From Macrostomum lignano (taxonomy: Eukaryota): a stretch of 64,000 nt of DNA. Below are positions 22,751-35,445 of this stretch, in pieces (position 1 is the first letter of the stretch; the number at the start of each line of letters is the position of its first letter). Both the position numbers and the translations under genes were made by a program. The stretch lies in assembly GCA_002269645.1 (NCBI GenBank), contig NIVC01000884.1, positions 331,616 through 395,615 of the forward strand, read 5' to 3'. Under the pieces are notes generated by a model that was not told the DNA's origin, searched no databases, and saw nothing but the letters and a program-made list of their open reading frames with translations.

Positions 22751-24034
22751 TCAGGTTATACGATAATTAGCATAGGCCCTGTTCTCTTCGCATGTTTTGT
22801 GCAATTGCAATTTGGCGTGCACAGCTTTGCCTTCATTGTTGCTGGCATTCACCAGCTCCCTGGCCAGCGAGCGGTACAGGTGCTCCTTGGTGCCGCGAAC
22901 GTTTGACGCAATTCGCAGAAATTTAAACGCTCGCATTTGACTCTCCGACTCGCGCAGCGGGCAGGGCACTTTGTATAGGAAGCCGCCGCGAAACACGTGC
23001 TTAATGATGAGCAGAGGTGAGCAGTTCTCAACGGCTTTGTGTATGACGCGAGTGGGGTCCACCTGCAGCGATGGTGAGACTTAGTTAGTGGAATTCTATG
23101 GCTGTAGAAAGACCGGGGATCTGGGAGGCTGGCCCAGCAACTAAGGATCTGGGAGGCTGTCTCAGCAGCTGAGGATCTGGGAGAGCGGTGGCCCAGGAAC
23201 TAAAGATCTGGGAGGCTGTCTCAGCAGCTGAGGATCTGGGAGAGCGGTGGCTCAGCAACTAAGGATCTGGGAGGCTGTCTCAGCAGCTGAGGATCTGGGA
23301 GAGCGGTGGCCCAGCAACTAAGGATCTGGGAGGCTGTTTCAGCAGCTGAGGATCTGGGAGAGCGGTGGCCCAGCAACTAAGGATCTGGGAGGCTGTCTCA
23401 GCAGCTGAGGATCTGGGAGAGCGGTGGCCCAACAACTGAGGATTTGGGAGAGCGGTGGCCCAACAACTGAGGATCTGGGAGAGCAGTGGCCCAGCAACCC
23501 AGGATTTGGGAGGCTGGCCCAGCAGATCAGGATCTATTTGGTTGGGAAGATCTCGAAGGATTTTCCTACACCCAAAGATTTCCAATCCCAGAGTGAACTA
23601 GCCTCAATGGACGCTTTCTCCTCAGGCGGCGCGGCGTTTCGCCGGGCCATCTGGATGTGCTTGATCTCTGCCATCATCTGGGTGAACACGTCGCGCAATT
23701 TGTCTCGCTGGCCGCATTTGACAAAGTGTCCAGCAAAGCTGTTTACAATAGGATCGTAGTGCACGCTGAATATCTGGTACTTGCCAGGCGGCCGGACAGC
23801 TTTAGTCCGACGCTCGTCAGTTTTGGGAATGTGCCGCGTGAACAGGTGCGGGTCCGGGTCGGTCTTGGTCCATTCCGGAAACGGGCCGCGCTTGCGAACT
23901 TTCTGTAGAGGCGATTTGTGCCGCACCGGCTGCTGGCTGAGAATGGCGGCGGCGGCAGCGGTTGTTGCGGCCGAGCCCGAGCGAGACTGACAGCCTAGCA
24001 GGCGGCTGGCATAGCCCAGTAGCAGCTGGGACAT
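22751..24034 (-). CDS. MRPS7: Mitochondrial ribosomal protein S7 (uS7m); exons 24034-23603, 23062-22751, with a GC-AG intron
   Basis: DPIVNSF, EEKASIE|VDPTRVIHKAVENCSP, YKVPCPL, LHKTCEENRAYANYR (uS7 motifs); N-terminus resembles a basic presequence. Confidence 0.9.
23115..23525. repeat. 28/30-bp family minisatellite in the MRPS7 intron
   Basis: Alternating variants of the CAGCAACTGAGGATCTGGGAG unit. Confidence 0.92.
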
Positions 24035-24437
24035 TTATCTCGGTTGTACCTCCGAATCGTTGTTTTTGTCTAGCTTATAGCTTGAGAATGGCTGCTCAGC
24101 CGAGAATGCTAGAATAATAATTAGTATGTTATTAATTAGTAGCTTTATTAACAACATTAATAGTAAAAATCAAACATTAATTATATGCTAATTGAAAGAA
24201 ACATTTTTGTATTCAAATATATCAATAAGTAATGAACGATAAGCGTGTTTATTTTTTAATACAATTCACACTTAATTAGAATGCTAAGCTTGATATTAGT
24301 AATTACAAGATATAAAGCATTGAGACAATAAATAAAGTATTACTAAGGGTCACCGGAAGGTCAAATCGTTAGGGGACCAATCATGCAGAGAATAATGAAT
24401 AAGAGATGTGAGCACAGTGTGAGACAGCGAAACTGAG

Positions 24438-27400
24438 TCACTTGAGTCCAATACCAAAGTTAATAGCTAGCAGCAGTTTAGCGGTATCCTGCTCATTGCT
24501 ACGCATAGTCTGGTTCCGCTCCGACTGCTCATTCTCAAAGTCAGGCCTGGCCTGTTTCAATGAATTCAATGCGGTCTCGGCCGCTTTACGCATCTGCTCG
24601 GACGTTCTCGGCTGAGCTTCAATGTTAGTGCCGGATTTCTGAAACTCGTTGCGCCTGTGCTCAACGCTCAGGTCGAGTTTAGTTCGCAGATAGTGCGGCA
24701 CACTGTCGTGATTAAGCAGGCCGAGACGGCCTTCTGTGTGGTTCAACAGGTGCTGATCGAGCTGCGGACTCAGGCCAATTGGTAGTAGAGCGAAATCATT
24801 TAAACGAAGCTGCTTCTCGTTGCGCAGGGTGCGGTGCAGGGCGGAGAGCTGGGAGACGCACTCGGCCAGGCAGTTCAGAATCTGTAGTTGGCGATTTGTT
24901 TGGCGTTGTTGAAGACAAAATTTATCTGACACTTGCTTCACCTCAGTAATTTAAATAAGTTTGAAACATCAGAATCTGACAACCTCAGAGAGAATCTGAC
25001 AACCTCAGAGAGAATCTGACAACCTCAGAGAGAATCTGACAACCTCAGAGAGAATCTGACAACCTCAGAGAGAATCTGACAACCTCAGAGAATCTGACAA
25101 CCTCAGAGAGAATCTGACAACCTCAGAGAGAATCTGACAACCTCAGAGAGAATCTGACAACCTCAGAGACAGAATCTGACAACCTCAGAGACAGAATCTG
25201 ACAACCTCAGAGACAGAATCTGACAACCTCAGAGACAGAATCTGACAACCTCAGAGACAGAGTCTGGCAACCTGAGAGAGAGAATCTGACAACCTCAGAG
25301 ACAGAATCTGACAACCTCAGAGACAGAATCTGACAAACTCAGAGACAGAATCCGACAGCCTCAGAGACAGAATCTGACAACCTCAGAGACAGAATCTGAC
25401 AACCTCAGAGACAGAATCTGACAACCTCAGAGACAGAGTCTGGCAACCTGAGAGAGAGAATCTGACAACCTCAGAGACAGAATCTGGCAACCTGAGAGAG
25501 AGAATCTGACAGCCTCAGAGACAGAATCTGACAACCTCAGAGACAGAATCCGACAGCCTCAGAGACAGAATCTGACAACCTCAGAGACAGAATCTGACAG
25601 CCTCAGAGACAGAATCTGACAACCTCAGAGACAGAATCCGACAGCCTCAGAGACAGAATCTGACAACCTCAGAGACAGAATCTGACAACCTCAGAGACAG
25701 AATCTGGCAACCTGAGAGAGAGAATCTGACAGCCTCAGAGACAGAATCTGACAGCCTCAGAGACAGAATCCGACAGCCTCAGAGACAGAATCTGACAACC
25801 TCAGAGACAGAATCTGACAACCTCAGAGACAGAATCTGACAACCTCAGAGACAGAATCCGACAGCCTCAGAGACAGAATCTGACAACCTGAGAGAGAGAA
25901 TCTGACAGCCTCAGAGACAGAATCTGACAACCTCAGAGACAGAATCCGACAGCCTCAGAGACAGAATCTGACAACCTCAGAGACAGAATCTGACAACCTC
26001 AGAGACAGAATCTGACAAACTCAGAGACAGAATCTGACAACCTCAGAGACAGAATCTGACAATCTCAGAGACAGAATCTGACAACCTCAGAGACAGAATC
26101 TGGCAACCTGAGAGAGAGAATCTGGCAACCTGAGAGAGAGAATCTGACAGCCTCAGAGACAGAATCTGACAACCTCAGAGACAGAATCCGACAGCCTCAG
26201 AGACAGAATCTGACAACCTCAGAGACAGAATCTGACAACCTCAGAGACAGAATCTGACAAACTCAGAGACAGAATCCGACAGCCTCAGAGACAGAATCTG
26301 ACAACCTCAGAGACAGAATCTGACAACCTCAGAGACAGAATCTGACAATCTCAGAGACAGAATCTGACAACCTCAGAGACAGAATCTGACAATCTCAGAG
26401 ACAGAATCTGACAACCTCAGAGACAGAATCTGGCAACCTGAGAGAGAGAATCTGACAACCTCAGAGACAGAATCTGACAACCTCAGAGACAGAATCTGAC
26501 AACCTCAGAGACAGAATCTGACAACCTCAGAGACAGAATCCGACAGCCTCAGAGACAGAATCTGACAACCTCAGAGACAGAATCTGACAATCTCAGAGAC
26601 AGAATCTGACAACCTCAGAGACAGAATCTGGCAACCTGAGAGAGAGAATCTGACAGCCTCAGAGACAGAATCTGACAACCTCAGAGACAGAATCCGACAG
26701 CCTCAGAGACAGAATCTGACAACCTCAGAGACAGAATCTGACAACCTCAGAGAAAGAATCTGACAATCTCAGAGACAGAATCTGACAGCCTCAGAGACAG
26801 AATCTGACAACCTCAGAGACAGAATCTGACAACCTCAGAGACAGAATCTGGCAACCTGAGAGAGAGAATCTGACAGCCTCAGAGACAGAATCTGACAACC
26901 TCAGAGACAGAATCCGACAGCCTCAGAGACAGAATCTGACAACCTCAGAGACAGAATCTGACAACCTCAGAGACAGAATCTGACAAACTCAGAGACAGAA
27001 TCCGACAGCCTCAGAGACAGAATCTGACAACCTCAGAGACAGAATCTGACAACCTCAGAGACAGAATCTGACAACCTCAGAGACAGAATCTGACAACTTC
27101 AGAGACAGAATCTGACAATCTCAGAGACAGAATCTGACAACCTCAGAGAGAATCTGACAACCTCAGAGACAGAATCTGACAACCTCAGAGAGAATCTGAC
27201 AACCTCAGAGACAGAATCTGACAACCTCAGAGAGAGAATCTGACAGCCTCAGAGACAGAATCTGACAACCTCAGAGAGAGAATCTGACAACCTCAGAGAG
27301 AATCTGACAACCTCAGAGACAGAATCTGACAACCTCAGAGAGAATTTGACAACCTCAGAGACAGAATCTGACAACCTCAGAGAGAATCTGACAACCTCAG

Positions 27401-28098
27401 AGACAGAATCTGACAACCTCAGAGAGAGAATCTGACAGCCTCAGAGACAGAATCTGACAACCTCAGAGAGAATCTGACAACCTCAGAGACAGAATCTGAC
27501 AACCTCAGAGAGAATCTGACAACCTAAGAGAGAATCTGACAACCTCAGAGACAGAATCTGACAACCTCAGAGAGAATTTGACAACCTCAGAGACAGAATC
27601 TGACAACCTCAGAGAGAGAATCTGACAGCCTCAGAGACAGAATCTGACAACCTCAGAGAGAGAATCTGACAACCTCAGAGACAGAATCTGACAACCTCAG
27701 AGACAGAATCTGACAACCTCAGAGACAGAATCTGACAACCTCAGAGACAGAATCTGACAACCTCAGAGAGAATCTGACAACCTCAGAGACAGAATCTGAC
27801 AACCTCAGAGACAGAATCTGACAACCTCAGAGACAATCCGACAACCCTTAGTTAGCCAGGGAAATCGAAACCACATGACAGACAAGCGCAAACAAAGAAT
27901 CAGGACAATTGCCGCCAGTCACCTTACCTCAGGCCAGGTGGCCGGACGCTTCTCGTCAACTTTAGCAATCAAGGAGCACAGTGTTCGCCGAATACCGCGC
28001 AGTCGGTCGATCAGCTCGTCAAGACAATCGTCCGAGCCGCGATTTCCGCCGCCGCCTTCACGACCGGCCAGCTGTTGATGCTGGAACGGATCCGCCAT
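24438..28098 (-). CDS. MED8: Mediator subunit 8; exons 28098-27928, 24881-24438 (204 aa)
   Basis: LDELIDRLRGIRRTLCSLIAKVD-TWPE|ILNCLAECVSQLSALHRTLRNEK, LPIGLSP-TEGRLGLLNHDSVPHYLRTK and LLAINFGIGL match the MED8 family pattern. Confidence 0.88.
24970..27838. repeat. 20/22-bp minisatellite AGAATCTGACAACCTCAGAGAC, about 130 copies, filling the MED8 intron
   Basis: Tandem array with recurring variant blocks (higher-order structure). Confidence 0.97.
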
Positions 28099-29387
28099 CG
28101 ACGCCCTGCTGCTGCTGCTGCTCCTGCTGCTCCTGCAGTTGCTGATTGGCCTGTCTAGTTAGCAACCGATGCCGCTTAGGTATATAGTGCTGCCAATGCA
28201 ATAGGATCTGCTCGTCAACTTCCCTAGCTAGGCCTGTTTTAGCGATGTCTTTGCGAAACTGCTGATGCTGCAGTAGATCCAGCAGCTGCAGACAGAATGG
28301 GTACTTGATGTACTTGACGTAGTCCGCCTCTTTCCAGTACTGCAGGTAGCTTAAGTAGTTGATGAATTCGCGTTTCTCAAAGAAGCGACGCTGGGCTAAG
28401 AAGTTCAGGTAATTCGGATTGCCCAGGCACTGGACGAACTCTAGTTCAACCTGCGGGGTGGGATGTGGTTGGGATGAATAAACATAGGCTGTTTAATCCT
28501 TTGTGTATCCATAGTTAGATGGGCGATTTTATGGGATAGATGGGCGATTCTATGGGGTAGATGGGCGATTCTATGGGGTAGATGGGCGATTCTATGGGGT
28601 AGATAGGCGATTCTATGGTATAGATAGGCGATTCTATGGTATAGATGGGCGATTTTATGGGATAGATGGGCGATTCTATGGGATAGATGGGCGATTCTAT
28701 GGGATAGATGGGCGATTCTATGGGATAGATGGGCGATTCTATGGGATAGATGGGCGATTCTATGGGATAGATGGGCGATTCTATGGTATAGATGGGCGAT
28801 TTTATGGGATAGATGGGCGATTCTATGGGATAGATGGGCGATTCTATGGGATAGATGGGCGATTCTATGGGATGATGGGCGATTCTATGGAGTAGATGGG
28901 CGATTCTATGGGGTAGATAGGCGATTCTATGGTATAGATAGGCGATTTTATGGGATGGATGGGCGATTCTATGGGATAGATGGGCGATTCTATGGTACAG
29001 ATAGGCGATTTTATGGGATCTATGGGCGATTCTATGGGGTAGATGGGCGATTCTATGGGGTAGATGGGCGATTCTATGGTAGAGATAGGCGATTTTATGG
29101 GATGGATGGGCGATTTTATGGGATGGATGGGCGATTCTTTGGGATAAATGGGCGATTCTATGGGAAAGGGATATGTATTCTGTTCCACAGGTTACAGCGG
29201 CCACCTGTACCCAAGTAGGTATTACCTGAAAGCGCTGTCGCTCTTCGTTATCAGCTCGAGTCTGCTGCAACAGCTGATGCTGGTGGTGCTGATGATGCTG
29301 GAGGCTGGCAGCGGCGGCTGCGGCGGAGAAGTGCGACGTCGGCAAATTGGAATGCGGCGGTAGCGGTGGCGGCTGGTTGGGCTTCAT
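28058..29387 (-). CDS. MED31: Mediator subunit 31; exons 29387-29226, 28450-28058 (184 aa)
   Basis: RFQ|VELEFVQCLGNPNYLNFLAQR, YLQYWKEADYVKYIKYPFCL and DEQILLHWQHY are SOH1/MED31 motifs. Confidence 0.95.
28515..29165. repeat. 21-bp minisatellite ATGGGCGATTCTATGGGATAG in the MED31 intron
   Basis: About 31 copies. Confidence 0.95.
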
Positions 29388-30039
29388 GTGCCGCGATTAA
29401 ATTATTTTGTCAATAAACAGTATTGATCTCAGCTTTTATTATTTACCATGAAATTAGTGCATCGACAGGTGCTTTTAGACTTAAGTTAATATAAGAAAAT
29501 AAGTATGAATAAAATACACCAAAACAAAAAAAATACAAATTAATAAATTCAACAGCAAGTTAAACAGCAAACTAGCAGGTGCCCAAATAGTGGCATATTT
29601 ATTTGTCATTAAGGTATTAACATAATTATTAGTTGTTCATATGAACAACTTCACACTATAATGTCCTAATTGAATTTGAATATTAATTACTATAGTGACA
29701 TTTCAAGGCAATAATTATATAATTATAGCATTGCAGAAAGCTATAACGCAAACAAAAAACTCACAGATGCGCAAGCACTGTTCTGCGCAACCAAAGTGAT
29801 TTTGTACAGTCACTGGGCCGATATGTGATGCGCCGAGTCGAACTTGTCTAATTAATTATTGGGTATTTTACGCTAAACAAGTTCATAAAAATATGAAAGA
29901 AACATAGCATTTGTGACGTTACTACACAATCTTGGATGTCCTAACATAATATACTTGCATATATCGCTATGAGTAATATAGTGTAGTTTTAGTTCCAGTC
30001 TCAGCGATTTCAATTGTCAATACAAACTACTTTTGCATT

Positions 30040-30122
30040 TATCTATCTACCAATCTACCTACCTACCTACCAACCTACCTACCTACCTATCTACCAACGC
30101 TCGTACGTACCTACTTTTCTAA

Positions 30123-30206
<84 letters not shown>

Positions 30207-30211
30207 TTATC

Positions 30212-30277
<66 letters not shown>

Positions 30278-30300
30278 CCTATCTAAGTATCTATCTAGCT
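30040..30300. repeat. (TCTA)n/(ACCT)n microsatellite
   Basis: Direct run. Confidence 0.95.
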
Positions 30301-30654
30301 ATTTATCTAGCTATTTTTGAAAAAAAAGGTTTTAGAAGATAACCAATAGCCAACATGCAGGTAGTGGAGACAGAGCTATATGGACCGAACAGGTACATAA
30401 AATTTAAAATAGAATGAAAGGGAGAAGAAGAGAAAATAAAAATGCAGCAATTTTTGACCAACAAAGTTTAGCAGAAACATACAAAACACATACAACAGCA
30501 ATGGGCATTGATAATAACACAAATTACGCGTAAATTATAATTTAAAATTTAAAACATCTTCCAAAAGCAACTCCGGTTAATGGCCGTTTATTCGCTTATC
30601 GTCAGGTGTTTCATTTTCGGCAGAATTGGACAATTATAAGTTTAAAGCTCAGGG

Positions 30655-31088
30655 CTGGCTCAGGGGCGATTCTTAGACTGATGACTCAGGGGCGATTCTT
30701 ATACTGATGACTCAGGGGCGATTCTTATACCGATGGCTCAGGGGCGATTCTTATACTGATGACTCAGGGGCGATTCTTATACTGATGACTCAGGGGCGAT
30801 TCTTATACTGATGACTCAGGGGCGATTCTTATACTGCTGGCTCAGGGGCGATTCTTATACTGCTGGCTCAGGGGCGATTCTTAGACTGATGACTCAGGGG
30901 CGATTCTTATACTGATGACTCAGGGGCGATTCTTATACCGATGGCTCAGGGGCGATTCTTATACTGATGACTCAGGGGCGATTCTTATACTGATGACTCA
31001 GGGGCGATTCTTATACTGATGACTCAGGGGCGATTCTTATACTGCTGGCTCAGGGGCGATTCTTATACTGCTGGCTCAGGGGCGATTT
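30655..31088. repeat. 26-bp minisatellite TCAGGGGCGATTCTTATACTGATGAC
   Basis: About 16 copies, just 3' of the SRSF7-like paralogue b. Confidence 0.95.
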
Positions 31089-31118
31089 TTAAAGCACTGT
31101 TATATATCTTTGATGCGC

Positions 31119-32190
31119 TTAGCGACTGCGACTGCTGCCCCGACTGCTGCTGCCGCCGCGATTGCCGCGGTCTCGACGACGATCGACGCTGCGACTGCGG
31201 CTTCGGCCACGACTGCGACTGCGGCTCCGGTCCCGATCGCGACCTCGGTTGCTTCGGCTACCGCCGCTGCCGCCACCCCGATCTCTTGTCGGACTGGGCG
31301 ATCGACCGCCGTACTTGCCGCGGCCGCCAAGGCCGCCTCGACTCGGACACTCGTAAGCGTAGTGGCCGCTGCGGCCACAGCTGTAGCACCGGTCGTCGCG
31401 CGGACTGCGGCCTCGAAAGCCACCGCCGCCTCCGCCACCGCCGCCGCCTCCGCCACCGCCGCCGCCTCCGCCGGCAGCTGCGGGACGCCTCTCGTGCTTG
31501 GCCAGTTCCAGTCTAAGTTGGAAAAAATAAACAGCTATTGTTGAATGTGTAAAGTCAAGGTGTACATCCTATGTGAGCGCGTGTATGAATGGCAATCGAT
31601 TTTCAAAGTACACACCCTGGCGCACTTTAAGCGACATTGTCACACAACCGGCGAGAGGCATTGCTGCCCATTCCGCCGACTCCCCTGAGCAGGCACACAA
31701 GCGCGCGGACACGTACGCAGTCATACGCACAGGTACACACTCACAGAGGAGTGTACAGCGGCCCTAACTTTATTTATCGTTAGTAGGCATGTACACTTCA
31801 CTGTGCCTTGGGGGGTTGGCCATCAAGGGCGTTAATTTCACGAGCAGAGCCAAGCCGAGATTCCAGTTTAACCCCAAATTACGTAATGTGACAGCAGTGA
31901 CTGCTGGAATCGAGCCTGGGCCGGTGGCACATCAGAGCACAGCGCTAGACCATTAGGCTACGGGAGTCTCCTTACCTAGCCCTTGCACCGCGTATTCTTG
32001 GCGGACTTCTAACGGCGTCTTCAGCGTCGCGGCGTTCTCGAAAAGTAACAAAAGCATAGGTGCCGCGACCGTGCACCCAGACAGATTCTAGTTCGCCGAA
32101 GCTGCGCAGCGCCGATTTAATGTCGCGTTCGTCCGCACCGCCTGGCAGATCGCCCACGTACACTCGGCGGCCCATCTCTTGGCGGGACAT
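31119..32190 (-). CDS. SRSF7/9G8-like SR protein, divergent paralogue b; exons 32190-31976, 31512-31119
   Basis: RRM (RRVYVGDL-TYAFVTF), poly-Gly, CCHC knuckle CYSCGRSGHYAYEC and RS tail; phase-2 GT-AG intron. Confidence 0.88.
31572..31968 (-). mobile_element. tRNA-derived SINE, family A (near full length) inside the SR paralogue b intron
   Basis: Minus-strand head GTAGCCTAATGG-GGCTCGATTCC; the body matches 17273-17610. Confidence 0.8.
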
Positions 32191-32351
32191 GATTGAATTC
32201 TAGCTGTGAGACTGCGGCTGCCGATTGAGTATAGTAGTAATATAGCGGTCTCAGTGCAGAAATGTGAGCGAACACATTTTGATAGAGCTACAGGTTAGTG
32301 AGAATAAGGAGCATTGCACATGGCTTAAGGGGTAGACGATTATCTAGATGA

Positions 32352-33005
32352 AGGGGGGGACTTCTGTTGGGGAATGGCTGAAAGGGGGAATTCTGTTGGG
32401 GAATGGCTGAAAGGAGGAATTCTGTTGGGGAATTGCTGAAAGGGGGAATTTTGTTGGGGAATGGCTGAAAGGGGGAATTCTGTTCGGGAATGACTGAAAG
32501 GGGGAATTCTGTTGGGGAATTGCTGAAAGGAGGAATTCTGTTGGGGAATGGCTGAAAGGGGGAATTCTGTTGGGGAATGGCTGAAAGGAGGAATTCTGTT
32601 GGGGAATTGCTGAAAGGGGGAATTCTGTTGGGGAATTGCTGAAAAGGGGAATTCTGTTGGGGAATGGCTGAAAGGATGAATTCTGTTGGGTGATTGCTGA
32701 AAGGAGGAATTCTGTTGGGGAATGGCTGAAAGGAGGAATTCTGTTGGGGAATTGCTGAAAGGGGGAATTTTGTTGGGGAATGGCTGAAAGGGGGAATTCT
32801 GTTCGGGAATGACTGAAAGGGGGAATTCTGTTGGGGAATTGCTGAAAGGAGGAATTCTGTTGGGGAATGGCTGAAAGGGGGAATTCTGTTGGGGAATGGC
32901 TGAAAGGAGGAATTCTGTTGGGGAATTGCTGAAAAGGGGAATTCTGTTGGGGAATTGCTGAAAGGGGGAATTCTGTTGGGGAATGGCTGAAAGGGGCAAT
33001 TCTGT
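32352..33005. repeat. 29-bp G-tract minisatellite GGGGAATTCTGTTGGGGAATGGCTGAAAG
   Basis: About 22 copies. Confidence 0.95.
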
Positions 33006-33711
33006 TGGGGGAATGGTTGAAGGAGATTCTGCAGAGGGAGTTATGGTGATATTTTTCTAAAGCATGGTTTTGAGGCGGTTCTTTTAATTAAAAAGAATAT
33101 TAGAGACTCTAATAGTTAAGTCCTTAATTATGGCCTAGTAGGCTTATTGATCTCAGTTAGGACACGAGAAAAAATAAAAAAAAGCATCGCAAAATGAACA
33201 CTAGATACGACAGACATGAAGAGAAATTCAGCGGAATTCCAAGGGTCAGTATTAAATATTTTATTTGATTAGTTTAATTTTTGTTTCGTAATATAGTTGC
33301 CGTGAATTATACATTTTTGGTTGAGCTAATAGTTAATAGAAAATAAAAAAATTACAGCGTAGAAGCGCGACGAGCATGCTACTTACAGTAATATAAATTG
33401 ACAGCATTGTCCATAAACGTGGCTATTTAAGGTTATAACAATTGACGGCAGCCAATGAAACTTCATAAATAAACTGTTTATTACTAATATTAAGAGAAGG
33501 CAGTATTGCCTACCGTGTAACAGACCAAAAAGTTTAATTAGTTAACTAAATAACTTGAACAGACACTTTATTCTTACACAACCGGGTCATAGTGCGGCAT
33601 TGCGAAATTATGACTCCGATTTAATTAATTATATAATAAAGTAATAATAATGACAACGACAAAGCCGACGGCTACTATTATTCCAGCCAGATAAAAACGC
33701 TACCAAGGGTC

Positions 33712-35445
33712 AAGGTAGCTTCTAGAGTAGCTTAATATGGCAATAGGGTAGCTTATAGAGTAGCTTAATATGGCAATAGGGTAGCTTCTAGAGTAGCTTA
33801 GATATGGTAATAGGGTAGCTTCTAGAGTAGCTTAGATATGGCAATAGGGTAGCTTCTAGAGTAGCTTAATATGGCAATAGGGTAGCTTATAGAGTAGCTT
33901 AGATATGGTAATAGGGTAGCTTCTAGAGTAGCTTAGATATGGCAATAGGGTAGCTTCTAGAGTAGCTTAATATGGCAATAGGGTAGCTTCTAGAGTAGCT
34001 TAGATATGGTAATAGGGTAGCTTCTAGAGTAGCTTAGATATGGCAATAGGGTAGCTTCTAGAGTAGCTTAATATGGCAATAGGGTAGCTTATAGAGTAGC
34101 TTAATATGGCAATAGGGTAGCTTCTAGAGTAGCTTAGATATGGTAATAGGGTAGCTTCTAGAGTAGCTTAGATATGGCAATAGGGTAGCTTCTAAAGTAG
34201 CTTAATATGGCAATAGGGTAGCTTCTAGAGTAGCTTAGATATGGTAATAGGGTAGCTTCTAGAGTAGCTTAATATGGCAATAGGGTAGCTTATAGAGTAG
34301 CTTAATATGGCAATAGGGTAGCTTCTAGAGTAGCTTAGATATGGTAATAGGGTAGCTTCTAGAGTAGCTTAGATATGGCAATAGGGTAGCTTCTAGAGTA
34401 GCTTAGATATGGCAATAGGGTAGCTTATAGAGTAGCTTAATATGGCAATAGGGTAGCTTCTAGAGTAGCTTAGATATGGTAATAGGGTAGCTTATAGAGT
34501 AGCTTAGATATGGTAATAGGGTAGCTTCTAGAGTAGCTTAATATGGCAATAGGGTAGCTTCTAGAGTAGCTTAGATATGGTAATAGGGTAGCTTCTAGAG
34601 TAGCTTAGATATGGCAATAGGGTAGCTTCTAGAGTAGCTTAATATGGCAATAGGGTAGCTTATAGAGTAGCTTAATATGGCAATAGGGTAGCTTCTAGAG
34701 TAGCTTAGATATGGTAATAGGGTAGCTTCTAGAGTAGCTTAGATATGGCAATAGGGTAGCTTCTAAAGTAGCTTAATATGGCAATAGGGTAGCTTCTAGA
34801 GTAGCTTAGATATGGTAATAGGGTAGCTTCTAGAGTAGCTTAATATGGCAATAGGGTAGCTTATAGAGTAGCTTAATATGGCAATAGGGTAGCTTCTAGA
34901 GTAGCTTAGATATGGTAATAGGGTAGCTTCTAGAGTAGCTTAGATATGGCAATAGGGTAGCTTCTAAAGTAGCTTAATATGGCAATAGGGTAGCTTCTAG
35001 AGTAGCTTAGATATGGTAATAGGGTAGCTTCTAGAGTAGCTTAGATATGGCAATAGGGTAGCTTCTAGAGTAGCTTAATATGGCAATAGGGTAGCTTCTA
35101 GAGTAGCTTAGATATGGTAATAGGGTAGCTTCTAGAGTAGCTTAGATATGGCAATAGGGTAGCTTCTAGAGTAGCTTAATATGGCAATAGGGTAGCTTCT
35201 AGAGTAGCTTAGATATGGCAATAGGGTAGCTTCTAGAGTAGCTTAATATGGCAATAGGGTAGCTTCTAGAGTAGCTTAGATATGGCAATAGGGTAGCTTC
35301 TAGAGTAGCTTAATATGGCAATAGGGTAGCTTCTAGAGTAGCTTAGATATGGTAATAGGGTAGCTTCTAGAGTAGCTTAGATATGGCAATAGGGTAGCTT
35401 GTAGAGTCAGTTCAATATGGTAATAGGGTAGCTTCTAGAGTAGCT
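33712..35445. repeat. 33/34-bp minisatellite GGGTAGCTTCTAGAGTAGCTTAGATATGGCAATA
   Basis: About 51 near-identical copies. Confidence 0.96.

Noticed and set aside
24882-24941. MED8 exon 2 starting at VKQVSDKF as the ORF track suggests
   Set aside because: The acceptor CTACAG| at 24882 gives TWPE-ILNCL, colinear with the MED8 family; the upstream stretch is intronic.
30655-31088. TGATGA and CTGA (C/D box-like) motifs within the 26-bp unit
   Set aside because: They are part of a homogeneous tandem array with no guide region or terminal stem.
31019-31544. Ala-rich and Cys/Arg-rich ORFs
   Set aside because: They are alternative frames and strands of the SRSF7b Gly/RS exon.
24970-35445. CRISPR-like appearance of regular 22-34-bp arrays
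   Set aside because: The units are head-to-tail with no unique spacers, there are no cas genes, and the context is eukaryotic.
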